A stretch of DNA of 64,000 nt from Acidimicrobiales bacterium (lineage in GTDB: Bacteria > Actinomycetota > Acidimicrobiia > Acidimicrobiales > RAAP-2): positions 8,246-72,245 of the forward strand of contig JBARBL010000104.1 in assembly GCA_049793015.1 (NCBI GenBank), in the 5' to 3' direction. Positions 9,980 to 19,313 of this stretch are shown piece by piece; within the stretch, counting starts at the first letter, position 1, and the number at the start of each line of letters is the position of its first letter. The notes beneath the pieces were generated by a model. The model did not search any database and had not been told where the DNA came from. It saw only the letters and a list, made by a program, of their open reading frames with translations. The translations under genes and the position numbers were made by a program.

Positions 9980-10008
9980 ACGGTACTACGAACAAGTGTT
10001 CGTAACAA
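9980..10008 (-). promoter_or_regulatory. putative recA promoter enclosing the SOS box
   Basis: Minus strand reads TTGTTA-17 nt-TACCGT (TAnnnT). The 17-nt spacer is essentially the LexA box. Inferred from the sequence pattern only. Confidence 0.35.
9988..10003. promoter_or_regulatory. LexA (SOS) box
   Basis: Palindrome ACGAAC-AAGT-GTTCGT matches the Gram-positive/actinobacterial CGAAC-N4-GTTCG consensus. It lies 84 nt upstream of the recA ATG at 9904. Confidence 0.8.
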
Positions 10009-10079
10009 GGATTTCCGTCCACTTTCGTACTGGGCCCTCCCTCGTTAATTTACTGGCAATCCTCGCTAAAAGCTCGCTC

Positions 10080-11273
10080 TCAATCCGCCAATGCCTGGTA
10101 CACGAGACGATGAAGTTCGCGACGGATCGGATAGGTGCCGCTCGGCAACACTTGGGTGAAGAAGCTCACCGCGAGGTCCTCGACGGGGTCCACCCAAAAG
10201 GCTGTCGACGCGGCTCCTCCCCAGGCGAACGCCCCCTCCGATATCAGGTTCTTGTTCTTCGCCTGGTCGACGATGACCGAGAATCCGAGACCGAAACCAA
10301 CGCCGGCGAAGCCAGACTCGGCGTAGGTGTCGACTGCGAAGGATGCGAGATCGACGCCGCCCGGCAAGTGGTTAAGCGTCATCAGGTCCAACGTGCGACT
10401 CGACAGCAGGCGCACGCCGTCCAACTCGCCTCCGCGCAGCAGCATCTTGGTGAACCGCTCGTAGTCGTGCGCCGTCGAGCCGAGTCCCCCTCCACCGGAC
10501 AAGAAGGTGGGCTTGCGGGTGGCGTGCAACGCCACTTCTTCCCACGCGAAGGTTTCGCCCATGAAGTACGCGTACAGCATCGCCAAGCGATCGACCTTCT
10601 CGGGCGGGCACCAGAAATCGGTGTCGACCATGCCCAGCGGTTCGAAGATGCGCTCCTTGAGAAAAACGTCGAGCGGCTGACCGCTCCATATCTCGATGAG
10701 CCGCCCGAGCACGTCAGTGGCGACCGAATAGTTGAAGTGGGTGCCCGGCTGGAACAGCAGCGGCGTCTCGCACCAGTCATGCACCGCTCCCGCGAGGTCG
10801 ACCTCCTTGTATTGGCCGAATTCGTAGCCCTTGTTGCGATACATCTCGTCCACCGACGTCAAGCGCTGGAATTCATAGGTAAGGCCGCTGGTGTGCGTCA
10901 TCAGATGGTGGATGAGAACAGGTCCGTCAGCGGGCACGGTCTCGGGGGCCTGCGCCGTGCCGCCCACGAAGACCCGGGGCTCACGCAGTTCCTCGATCCA
11001 ACGGCCCGCGTCATCGTTGAGATCGAAGAGGCCCTCCTCGAAGAGCATCATGGCGCCGATCGACACGATGGGCTTGGTCATGGAGTAGATACGCCATATC
11101 GTGTCGTCGGTAACGGGCAGGTCCTTTTCGCGGTCGCGATGACCCGACTTACCGGTCCAGACCAGCTCGCCGCCTCGTGACACCGTGGCTTGCCAACCCG
11201 GCAGCTTTCCGTCGGCCACGTAGCGCTCAAAGTGGGTCTGGATCCTCTCCAGGCGCGCGGGGTCGAATCCCAT
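10080..11273 (-). CDS. serine hydrolase, beta-lactamase (class C/esterase) family
   Basis: SxxK nucleophile motif YSMTKP. ATG at 11273 (MGFDPARLERIQ) is chosen because the longer tracked ORF overlaps cinA. The start is uncertain. Confidence 0.8.
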   Translation of the reverse strand: MGFDPARLERIQTHFERYVADGKLPGWQATVSRGGELVWTGKSGHRDREKDLPVTDDTIWRIYSMTKPIVSIGAMMLFEEGLFDLNDDAGRWIEELREPRVFVGGTAQAPETVPADGPVLIHHLMTHTSGLTYEFQRLTSVDEMYRNKGYEFGQYKEVDLAGAVHDWCETPLLFQPGTHFNYSVATDVLGRLIEIWSGQPLDVFLKERIFEPLGMVDTDFWCPPEKVDRLAMLYAYFMGETFAWEEVALHATRKPTFLSGGGGLGSTAHDYERFTKMLLRGGELDGVRLLSSRTLDLMTLNHLPGGVDLASFAVDTYAESGFAGVGFGLGFSVIVDQAKNKNLISEGAFAWGGAASTAFWVDPVEDLAVSFFTQVLPSGTYPIRRELHRLVYQALAD

Positions 11274-11352
11274 CGAAGAGGGATCGACGCGAATGTCCAA
11301 TGACGAAATGGGAACCTCCGTTAGCCCTGCGAGAACGTTATGCGCGGATGAC

Positions 11353-12612
11353 TCACTGGTCTGCGTCCATGGCTCGACGAAGCGAATCGAGCGCGCTGAT
11401 GGCGCTGTAGGAACGCACGCGCGGACGATCACCAGGCAAATGAAGCTCCACGTGCTGGGCGTGCTCACCGAGGGCGATCCCTACGAACACCGTCCCCGCG
11501 GGCTCGCCGTCCTGTTCCTGCGGCCCAGCAACCCCGGTGACGCCCAGTCCGACGTCGGCTTTAAGGAGCGCGCGCACACCAATGGCCATCGCCTCGGCGG
11601 CGGCGGCGCTGACCACCGGTCCGCGCGGCACGCCGAGCAGATCGAACTTCACGTCCGAGGCGTAGCTCACGACGCCGCCGCGAAACCATGTCGACGCCCC
11701 CGCGATGTTCACGAGCCGGCTCGCGATGAGTCCCCCCGTGACCGATTCGGCCACGCTCAACGTCGCGCCTCGGGCCAGAAGTCGCCGGGCGACGGCGTCT
11801 TCCATCGTTTCGTCGTCGGTGCCGAAGACGATGTCGCCGAAGCGCTCGTTGATGCGACGGCGCACCAGTTGCTCCTCGCCATCCAATAACGCGCGGGCCT
11901 GCTCCTCGTCGGCGCCTTGGGCGGTCAAGCGCACCTTGATGCCCTCGATGCCGGACGCCAGGAAGGCAATGGTGACCTGGCCGTCCAGCGCCAAGGCGTC
12001 GAAGCGGTCGGCCACCGATTCCGCGAGCGCCGATTCGCTCGCCCCCCAGGTGCGCAACAGGCGGCTCATGATCACCGACGTCGTCCCCGACGCGCGCACG
12101 CGAGCCAGCAAGTCGGGAAGAATCGCGCGTTCAAACATCTCAGCCATCTCGTAGGGCACACCGGGCACGGCGTACACGACCTTGCGTCCTACCGGGCAGA
12201 TCAGGCCCGGTGCCGTGCCGCGGGTCTGCGTGATGATCGTCGAGCCGACCGGTACGTCGGCCTGTAGAAGATTGTTGTCGGGCATCTCGCGACCTCGGGC
12301 GCTGAACATCGTGCGTATCGACTCGACGATCTTTTCGTCGCGTCGCAATGCGACGTTCATCACCTCGGCCAGCGCGGCCCGCGTGATGTCGTCCTGCGTC
12401 GGTCCCAGGCCCCCGCAGACGATGACCGCGTCACTTCGCGCGAGGGCCGTTCGAAAGGCCAGCACCATGCGCTCATGGTTGTCACCGACGTGCTGGTGGA
12501 AGTGCGACGCGATGCCGTTGGCCGCCAGCTGTTCGCCGAGCCACTGCGAATTGGTGTCGGCGATCTGCCCTAACAACAGCTCCGTGCCGACCGCGACGAT
12601 CTCAACCCGCAC
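11353..12612 (-). CDS. cinA: competence/damage-inducible protein CinA (MoCF_BD plus nicotinamide-nucleotide amidase domains)
   Basis: MRVEIVAVGTELLLGQIADTNSQWL N-terminus and PncC-like C-terminal half. GTG start at 12612. Confidence 0.9.
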   Translation of the reverse strand: MRVEIVAVGTELLLGQIADTNSQWLGEQLAANGIASHFHQHVGDNHERMVLAFRTALARSDAVIVCGGLGPTQDDITRAALAEVMNVALRRDEKIVESIRTMFSARGREMPDNNLLQADVPVGSTIITQTRGTAPGLICPVGRKVVYAVPGVPYEMAEMFERAILPDLLARVRASGTTSVIMSRLLRTWGASESALAESVADRFDALALDGQVTIAFLASGIEGIKVRLTAQGADEEQARALLDGEEQLVRRRINERFGDIVFGTDDETMEDAVARRLLARGATLSVAESVTGGLIASRLVNIAGASTWFRGGVVSYASDVKFDLLGVPRGPVVSAAAAEAMAIGVRALLKADVGLGVTGVAGPQEQDGEPAGTVFVGIALGEHAQHVELHLPGDRPRVRSYSAISALDSLRRAMDADQ

Positions 12613-13177
12613 CGAGGAAGGCCTTTCTTCCGTCGACGTAGTACTTCCAACCGGTGTAGAGCGTCATGGCCACCGCGATCCAGATGGTCGTGACGCCCAG
12701 CCACGTGTGATGCGCGCAGATCGGCAACACGCAGAACGCGATCGCCCAGTCCTGGGTGAAGGTCTTCCATTTGGCGAGCTTGCTTGCGGGGATCGAGATC
12801 CCCCTCTTCGCGGCCCTGGCTCGAAAGACGCTCATCCATATCTCGCGCAGCGTGATAAGCACCGCCGGGATGATGAAGCTCTTGAGCCCATGAGGTCGAG
12901 AGATGATGAGCGCGTAGAGGGCGCCGAGGACGATTATCTTGTCGGCCAGCGGATCGAGGAACGCGCCCGAGCGCGTGGTGCCGTGACGGCGCGCGACAAT
13001 GCCGTCGAAGTAATCCGAGGCCGCTGCCGACATCCCCACCACCGAGGTCCACCACGAGATCCGGTCCACCACGATGAGGTAGACGAAGACCGGCGCGATG
13101 ACGATGCGGAAGGCCGTCATCATGTTGGCGGGCGTGAGCAGCGCGGACTCGCCGTAGGTGCGGTCATTAGTGGTCAT
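12602..13177 (-). CDS. pgsA: CDP-diacylglycerol--glycerol-3-phosphate 3-phosphatidyltransferase
   Basis: CDP-alcohol phosphatidyltransferase motif DGIVARRHGTTRSGAFLDPLADK. Shares an ATGA overlap with the rimO stop. Confidence 0.9.
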   Translation of the reverse strand: MTTNDRTYGESALLTPANMMTAFRIVIAPVFVYLIVVDRISWWTSVVGMSAAASDYFDGIVARRHGTTRSGAFLDPLADKIIVLGALYALIISRPHGLKSFIIPAVLITLREIWMSVFRARAAKRGISIPASKLAKWKTFTQDWAIAFCVLPICAHHTWLGVTTIWIAVAMTLYTGWKYYVDGRKAFLGAG

Positions 13178-14475
13178 ACCAACACCGCCTCCAGGTCCGT
13201 ACCGTGGCTCGCCACGATCTCGACGTCATACAACTCTCCCACCGCCAGCGTCGGATCCACCATCACGATGCCGTCAATCTCCGGGCACTCTCGAACACTA
13301 CGGCCAACGCCCGGAGTGTCGATGAGTACTCGTTGGCTCGTGCCCACGAGTTCGTCACGTCGACGCGCGGTGATCTGGTCCTGGCGCTCGCTGACCTCGC
13401 GTAGTCGCTCGAGAGCCAGTTCCTTGGGCACCTGGTCACCGAGACCACTGGCCAGCGTCCCCTCCTCGGACGAGAAGGTGAAGAAACCGGCCCAATCCAG
13501 TTGCGCGGCGTCGATGAAGTCGAGCAACTCGCGTTGATCGTCCTCCGTCTCACCCGGGTAGCCGAGGATGAATGACGAGCGAAACGTCGCGTCGGGATCC
13601 GCCGCACGTATGACCGCGATGCGCTCTAGGAATCGGTCCCCGCTGCCCCATCGGCGCATGGCGCGCAGCATTCGGCGAGAGGCGTGTTGCAACGAAAGGT
13701 CGAAGTACGGAACGCCGGTGGCGAGAATGGTCTCGATGAGCCCACTGGTGAGCCCCGACGGGTAGAGATACAGCAGGCGGACTCGCTCGACCTCGCGGCT
13801 CAAGGTCCGGGTCAGCTCGATGAGCGGCTGCGTACCGCCCTCGTCCAGCACTTCCACCGCCTCGCCACGACCGGCGCGACGGCGATCGTGGCCCCAGCTC
13901 GCGAGGTCCTGGGCGATCAGCACCAGCTCGCGTACGCCTCCCTCGCGCAGCGCGCGGGCTTCGATGAGGATCTCCTCCACGCTTCGCGAGCGTTGGTCCC
14001 CGCGGAAGCTCGGAATCGCGCAGAAGCCGCATCGCCGGTCGCATCCTTCGGCGATCTTCACGTAGGCCCACGGCGTCGACGTGGCGGGTCGCGGCAGGTT
14101 CAAGAGATCGAAGGCCGGCGTCGCGCGCCGGCGCAGGCTGACGGGGGACGAAGGGACGGGCGTCAGGCTCTCGCCGAAGCCGGCCACCAGGTCGACCTCC
14201 GGCAGGGCCGCCGCCAATTCGTCGCCGTAGCGCTCGGCCATGCACCCGGTCACGACCAGTCGGGCGCCGTCTCGTTTTCGTTCCGCCAGCTCCAGGACCG
14301 TTTCGATGGACTCCTCGCGGGCCGCTTCGATGAACGCGCAGGTATTGGCCACCACCAGGTCGGCCGCCTCGGGTGAGTCAGCGACGAAGTAACCCTGGGA
14401 CGCCAGGAGACCCGCCAACTTGTCGGAATCCACGTGATTCTTCGGGCACCCCAGTGTCTCGATCCAGTACCGCAC
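13174..14475 (-). CDS. rimO: ribosomal protein S12 methylthiotransferase
   Basis: UPF0004 N-terminus (LGCPKN), radical-SAM CDRRCGFC and a TRAM-like C-terminus. Confidence 0.9.
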   Translation of the reverse strand: MRYWIETLGCPKNHVDSDKLAGLLASQGYFVADSPEAADLVVANTCAFIEAAREESIETVLELAERKRDGARLVVTGCMAERYGDELAAALPEVDLVAGFGESLTPVPSSPVSLRRRATPAFDLLNLPRPATSTPWAYVKIAEGCDRRCGFCAIPSFRGDQRSRSVEEILIEARALREGGVRELVLIAQDLASWGHDRRRAGRGEAVEVLDEGGTQPLIELTRTLSREVERVRLLYLYPSGLTSGLIETILATGVPYFDLSLQHASRRMLRAMRRWGSGDRFLERIAVIRAADPDATFRSSFILGYPGETEDDQRELLDFIDAAQLDWAGFFTFSSEEGTLASGLGDQVPKELALERLREVSERQDQITARRRDELVGTSQRVLIDTPGVGRSVRECPEIDGIVMVDPTLAVGELYDVEIVASHGTDLEAVLV

Positions 14476-14527
14476 GTGCGTCTCCTCAATTCAGGGCAGC
14501 ACCGAGCGCGCGGCACTCGGTGTTCGG

Positions 14528-14618
14528 CGGAGAGGGAGGGATTTGAACCCTCGGGCCCACTTTCGCGGGCCGCATTCTTAGCAGGAATGTGGATTAAACC
14601 GGACTCTCCCACCTCTCC
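14528..14618 (-). tRNA. tRNA-Ser (anticodon GCU)
   Basis: Hand-folded: acceptor GGAGAGG/CCUCUCC, anticodon arm CAUUC-CUGCUAA-GAAUG, long variable arm, T-loop GAGGG-UUCAAAU-CCCUC. CCA is not encoded. Confidence 0.9.
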
Positions 14619-14736
14619 AGGCAGAGCCATCCTACTGGCGAGGCGTGGCCCTGGAAAATCAACCTAATTGACCAACAGTGCCAGCGTTACACTCTAAAAA
14701 ACCAAGAAGCGATTTCCCTACCGCGAAGGAACACCT

Positions 14737-15609
14737 ATGCGCACCTTTCGTCTCCTGCTCGCCGGTCTCCTCGGCGCATCCGCATATACCGGCGTCGCGT
14801 TCACCTCCAGCCCGGCGGGCGCCGCCTCATCGGCGCTGGCCACCTGTCGCACCACGATCAACGCCGAGGAGTACGCCAAGGGAAAACTGACCGTCGCGAC
14901 CGACAACCCCGTCTACACGCCGTGGTTCGTCAACAACAAGCCTTCGAACGGCAAGGGCTTCGAATCCGCCCTGGCCTACGCCATCGCGACGACGCTGGGG
15001 ATCTCGAAGAGCAACGTCGTCTGGGCCTACGAACCCTTCGACAACAGCTACACGCCGGGGCCCAAGAAGTTCGATTTCGATATCAATGAGATCTCCTATA
15101 CCGCACAACGGGCCAAGGCCGTGACGTTCTCCGAGAGCTACTACGACGTCACCCAGTCGATCGTCACGCTCAAGGGCAGCGTGGTGGCGAAGAAGCACTC
15201 CCCGGCTCAATTGAAGACGTACCTCTACGGCGACCAGATCGGCACCACGGGGTTGGCCTACATCTACAACCACATCCATCCCACCAGGGAGCCGCGGGTC
15301 TATTCCACGCTCGACGCCGCGGTCCTGGCGCTGCAGACCGGTCAGATCAACGCCATCGTCGTCGACACGCCGGACGGGCAGTACATGGCGACGTCGGAGG
15401 TGGAGAACGCGAAGAAGAAGGCCGATGGCCTCCAGGTCGGCCAGTTCCCGAGCACCGGCGAGCACTACGGCCTCCTCTTCAAGAAGGGCAACCCTCTGGT
15501 GGGCTGCATCAACGTGGCCCTCAACACGCTCAAGTCGAACGGCACCCTCGCCTCGCTGACCACGAAGTGGCTGAACATCTACACCAGCGTGCCCGTCATA
15601 AAGCCGTAG
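14737..15609 (+). CDS. polar amino-acid ABC transporter substrate-binding protein
   Basis: Signal peptide followed by an SBP_bac_3-like sequence (KLTVATDNPVYTPWF, INAIVVDTPDGQY). Confidence 0.85.
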   Translation: MRTFRLLLAGLLGASAYTGVAFTSSPAGAASSALATCRTTINAEEYAKGKLTVATDNPVYTPWFVNNKPSNGKGFESALAYAIATTLGISKSNVVWAYEPFDNSYTPGPKKFDFDINEISYTAQRAKAVTFSESYYDVTQSIVTLKGSVVAKKHSPAQLKTYLYGDQIGTTGLAYIYNHIHPTREPRVYSTLDAAVLALQTGQINAIVVDTPDGQYMATSEVENAKKKADGLQVGQFPSTGEHYGLLFKKGNPLVGCINVALNTLKSNGTLASLTTKWLNIYTSVPVIKP

Positions 15610-15613
15610 GACC

Positions 15614-16504
15614 GTGTCGCTAGGCCACGACGAGTTATCGTCGCCGACGCCGAATCTCTTCACGCCCCCTCGCCGTCGATTCTTCACCGGCCGACGGGGC
15701 CTGGCCGCCAGCACGATCTCGAGCGTCGTGCTGGTCGCGGCGCTCGTGTCGGTGTTCTTCTGGGCTCCCGGATCGGCCAGCGTACGGTACTACTTCTTCA
15801 ACGGCCACGACATGTGGCAGTCCTTCATCGGCCATCCCCAGACCGGTCTGCTGTCGGTGGGCAAGGGCTTCTTCACGAACATCTGGATGTGTCTGGTGTG
15901 CGAAGTCCTGATCCTGATCCTCGGGCTCGGCGTCGCGTGGATCCGGGTGAGCCGGTCGCCGGTCCTCTATCCCTTCCGAGTGCTGGCCACCGCCTACACC
16001 GACGTGTTCCGCGGCATTCCACTGCTGCTGGTCGTCTTCATGGTCGGCTTCGGGCTGCCTTCGATGCAGCTGGGTTTCCTCACCACCCAGTCGCCCGACG
16101 TCTACGGCTGCATGGCCCTCACCATCACCTACACCGCCTACGTGGCCGAGGTCTTCCGCGCGGGGATCTACTCGGTGCCCAACGGCCAGATACTCGCGGC
16201 GAGATCGCTGGGCCTCACCCACGCCACGACCATGCGCCGGGTGACCTTGCCCCAGGCCGTGCGCACGGTCATCCCGCCCCTCCTGAACGACTTCATCTCC
16301 CTGCAGAAGGACACTGCCCTGGTCTCGGTGCTCGGTGCGATAGAGGCGGCCCGCGCCGCGCAGATCTACGCGTCGACCACTTTCAACGGCAGCGGTCTGG
16401 TCGTCGCGTCGCTGCTCTTCCTGGCGATCACGATTCCGCTGACCCGCTTCACCGACCGGCTCCTGGACCGCGACCGCAGCCGCCGACTGGCGGCGCTGAC
16501 GTGA
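15614..16504 (+). CDS. amino-acid ABC transporter permease
   Basis: BPD_transp_1 EAA-like loop (ARSLGLTHATTMRRVTLPQA) and several TM segments. Confidence 0.85.
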   Translation: MSLGHDELSSPTPNLFTPPRRRFFTGRRGLAASTISSVVLVAALVSVFFWAPGSASVRYYFFNGHDMWQSFIGHPQTGLLSVGKGFFTNIWMCLVCEVLILILGLGVAWIRVSRSPVLYPFRVLATAYTDVFRGIPLLLVVFMVGFGLPSMQLGFLTTQSPDVYGCMALTITYTAYVAEVFRAGIYSVPNGQILAARSLGLTHATTMRRVTLPQAVRTVIPPLLNDFISLQKDTALVSVLGAIEAARAAQIYASTTFNGSGLVVASLLFLAITIPLTRFTDRLLDRDRSRRLAALT

Positions 16505-17250
16505 CCGACACCCCGCCGGGCGACGTCGTGCTCCACCTCGACCAGGTGGTCAAGCGATTCGGCAAGCACGAGGTCTTAAGCGGCGTGTCGTTGCAGCTGC
16601 ACCGCCACGAGGTGGTCTGTCTGATCGGCGCCTCGGGATCGGGCAAGTCGACGCTGCTGCGCTGCGCCAACCTGCTCGAGACGATCGACGGCGGCGACAT
16701 CTCGCTGTTCGGTCAATCGTTGCTCGACGAGTACATCGATCCCGACCTGGTGCGCCGCCACGTCGGGATGGTCTTCCAGTCGTTCAACCTCTTCCCCCAC
16801 TTGAGCGTGCTCGATAACATCCTGCTCGGGCCGGTGAGGGCGTTGAAGCGAAAGGCGGCCGACGTCCATGACGAGGCCCTCGCGCTGCTCGATCGGATCG
16901 GTCTTCGCGATCGGGCGAACGACTTCCCGGATCGGCTGTCCGGAGGGCAGCAACAGCGCGTGGCCATCGTGCGATCGCTAGCCATGCAGCCAGCGCTGCT
17001 CCTGCTCGACGAGGTGACGAGCGCCCTCGACCCTACTTTGGTGGGCGAAGTCCTGGACTTGCTACGCGATCTCGCGGCCCACGGCACCACGATGTTGGTG
17101 GCGACGCACGAAATGAACTTCGCCCGCGACGTCGCGCGACAGGTGGCCTACCTCGACGACGGCGTGTTGGTGGAGCAGGGCACGCCCGAGCAAATCTTCA
17201 ACCATCCCCAGCACGAGTCAACCCGCACGTTCCTCGAACGAGTGCGCTAG
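16501..17250 (+). CDS. amino-acid ABC transporter ATP-binding protein
   Basis: GTG at 16501 forms a GTGA overlap with the permease stop. Walker A GASGSGKST, signature LSGGQQQRVAI and Walker B LLLLDE. Confidence 0.9.
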   Translation: MTDTPPGDVVLHLDQVVKRFGKHEVLSGVSLQLHRHEVVCLIGASGSGKSTLLRCANLLETIDGGDISLFGQSLLDEYIDPDLVRRHVGMVFQSFNLFPHLSVLDNILLGPVRALKRKAADVHDEALALLDRIGLRDRANDFPDRLSGGQQQRVAIVRSLAMQPALLLLDEVTSALDPTLVGEVLDLLRDLAAHGTTMLVATHEMNFARDVARQVAYLDDGVLVEQGTPEQIFNHPQHESTRTFLERVR

Positions 17251-17714
17251 GACGCTTCCAATTCGAGCAGCTCGGGCATCTTGAGGACCATATCGAAGAG
17301 CTCCTGGTCTCGGTCCCAGGTCAGGTGTTCGCGCACGTCGTCGAGCGGCAACCACACGAGCACGTCCACTTCGGCGTTCGGGAAGAACTCACCATCGCCG
17401 GCACTCATGAGGTAGTACGCGACGATCTTGGGCTTGCCTCGTCGGTGCGTGTAGTTCGTCGTGCCAATGAATCGCGTGACGCTGCAGCGGATTCCGATCT
17501 CTTCGAGCACCTCGCGCAGCGCACCCTGTTCGAAGGTCTCCCCCTCGGCGAGTTTGCCCTTGGGGAAGGTCCAATCACCGCGCGCTTCACGGAAGATGCA
17601 CGCCACCTCCACGCGACCGCTGGGCGCGTGGCGGACGACAATGCCTCCGGCGGCGCGAATGAGGTCGTCGGGAGCATCACGCGGGACAATCAATTCACCG
17701 CTCAAAAGGTGCAC
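17247..17714 (-). CDS. NUDIX hydrolase
   Basis: Nudix box GKLAEGETFEQGALREVLEEIGI. Confidence 0.8.
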   Translation of the reverse strand: MHLLSGELIVPRDAPDDLIRAAGGIVVRHAPSGRVEVACIFREARGDWTFPKGKLAEGETFEQGALREVLEEIGIRCSVTRFIGTTNYTHRRGKPKIVAYYLMSAGDGEFFPNAEVDVLVWLPLDDVREHLTWDRDQELFDMVLKMPELLELEAS

Positions 17715-17924
17715 GTTCCTAACGCTAGAGGATGGTTAACGAGCGTCACAGTATTACCCTATGCCTTTAGTCACGATATGTCCGCGCGTGTTCACCTGCG
17801 TGTCACTTTGCGTTAACCAAGAGGAAAGTTGTGAGAGATGTGAGAATCATCACCACGACGCGCGTGGCGCACGCAGCCTCCTCGGTTCCGGGACCCGCCC
17901 CGGCTCGTTCGTACACTTAACGAA

Positions 17925-18698
17925 ATGTTCGCGCTCACGCTCCCTCTCGGATGGCGGCTGGTCATCTACTTCATCGCGGGCGTGGCGGGCGGCATCGCCA
18001 ACGGCATCGCGGGCGGGGGCACCTTCCTCACCTTTCCCACCCTGTTGGCCCTGGGCATTCCGGCGCTGCAGGCCAACGTCTCCACCTCGGTGGGCGTGAT
18101 ACCCAGCTACCTGGGAGGGATAAGGGGATTCCGACTCGAATTAGGCGAACATCGCCAGCTCATCCGCTCGCTCCTTCCCTCGTGCGTGCTGGGCAGCGCG
18201 GCCGGCTGTGCGCTCCTGCTGCTCGGTTCACCGTCGACCTTCCGCAGCGTCGTTCCCTGGCTCATCGGCTTCGCCACGGTGCTGTTCGCTCTCGCGCCGC
18301 GGATCACCAAGGCCCTCGCGCACGTCGACCACACCCGAGGCGCGCGACGGTGGGCCCTCTTCGCGGGCGTGTTCCTGGCGTCGACCTACGGCGGCTATTT
18401 CGGCGCCGGACTCGGTATCCTGCTACTCGCGGTCATGGCCATCGCGCTACCCTTCGAGATCCACGAACTCCAAGGCATCCGAAGCGTCCTCTCGATGACC
18501 ATCAACGTGATCGCCGCCACCATCTTCATCGTGCGAGGGCACCTGGCCCTGGACGCCGTGTACATGCTCCTGGTCGGCTCGCTCATCGGCGGTTGGCTCG
18601 GGACCCTACTCATCAAACGCCTGTCGTCGGCGGTGGTGAGGGCGCTCGTGATAGCGACCGGCGCGTTCACCACGGTCTACCTGGCCCTAGGAAAATAG
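17925..18698 (+). CDS. TauE/SafE family sulfite/anion exporter
   Basis: 257 aa with about 7-8 TM segments. Gly-rich N-terminal helix IAGVAGGIANGIAGGGTFLTFP is typical of DUF81/TauE. Confidence 0.8.
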   Translation: MFALTLPLGWRLVIYFIAGVAGGIANGIAGGGTFLTFPTLLALGIPALQANVSTSVGVIPSYLGGIRGFRLELGEHRQLIRSLLPSCVLGSAAGCALLLLGSPSTFRSVVPWLIGFATVLFALAPRITKALAHVDHTRGARRWALFAGVFLASTYGGYFGAGLGILLLAVMAIALPFEIHELQGIRSVLSMTINVIAATIFIVRGHLALDAVYMLLVGSLIGGWLGTLLIKRLSSAVVRALVIATGAFTTVYLALGK

Positions 18699-18736
18699 TG
18701 TGGCGAATAGTTGATAATTTCACTAAAATATATGGA

Positions 18737-19240
18737 ATGAAGAAGTTCTTCTCCTTCCCGAACCCGGTCAACGACGCGGCCGCCCGCACGGTGGCCCTGG
18801 GCGTGGTAACGATGTCGGTGGCGGCGCTGATCACGAATTGGGCTTGGCTCTTGATCCCGCTCACCTACGGCTTCGTCGCTCGCGTCGCGACCGGTCCGAC
18901 GATGTCACCGCTCGGACAGTTCGCCGTGCGCGTCGCGGGACCCCGCATCCACGGGTGGCAGAAGTTCGTGCCCGGTCCGCCCAAGCGATTCGCCCAGACC
19001 ATGGGCCTGGCCTTCACCTTCTGCGCCACCATCGTCTGGTTGACAGCGGGTTGGTCGGACGCACGCTGGATCCTGGTGCCCCTGATCGGTGCGGCGTCGC
19101 TCGAGGGCTTTCTCGGCTACTGCCTCGGCTGCACCGTCTTTGGATGGTTGATTCGAGCCGGGTGGATACCGGAGGCCATATGCGCCGAATGCGGCGACTT
19201 GTCCGCTCGTTACGCGGCCGCTGGCTATCGCGTCAAGTAA
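18737..19240 (+). CDS. DUF4395-like membrane protein with two C-terminal CxxC motifs
   Basis: ATG at 18737 (MKKFFSFPNPVNDAAARTVA) is in frame with the tail of tracked ORF 17951..19240. Four hydrophobic helices, plus CLGC and CAEC motifs. Confidence 0.65.
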   Translation: MKKFFSFPNPVNDAAARTVALGVVTMSVAALITNWAWLLIPLTYGFVARVATGPTMSPLGQFAVRVAGPRIHGWQKFVPGPPKRFAQTMGLAFTFCATIVWLTAGWSDARWILVPLIGAASLEGFLGYCLGCTVFGWLIRAGWIPEAICAECGDLSARYAAAGYRVK

Positions 19241-19313
19241 TAATTGTCTAACAGTTGACCCAGAAGTCACGGTGGTCAGTTTGACGGCATCAATTCCTTC
19301 GTAGGCTGGAGAA

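Noticed and set aside
9723-11180. 485-aa plus-strand ORF
   Set aside because: It is antisense to recA and the serine hydrolase, Arg/Ala/Gly-rich, and has no recognisable motif. This is a typical high-GC shadow ORF.
15814-16500. Upstream 229 codons of tracked ORF 15814..17250
   Set aside because: It is an out-of-frame read through the permease gene. The ATPase motifs start only after GTG 16501, which overlaps the permease stop.
17899-17915. Second LexA-like site (CGAAATGTTCG) before the TauE gene
   Set aside because: The spacing and length are wrong for CGAAC-N4-GTTCG: only 11 nt, with the half-sites incomplete.
17951-18736. Upstream 262 codons of tracked ORF 17951..19240
   Set aside because: It is an alternative frame of the TauE gene with Arg/Pro/Gly-rich translation. 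The hydrophobic DUF4395-like protein starts at ATG 18737.
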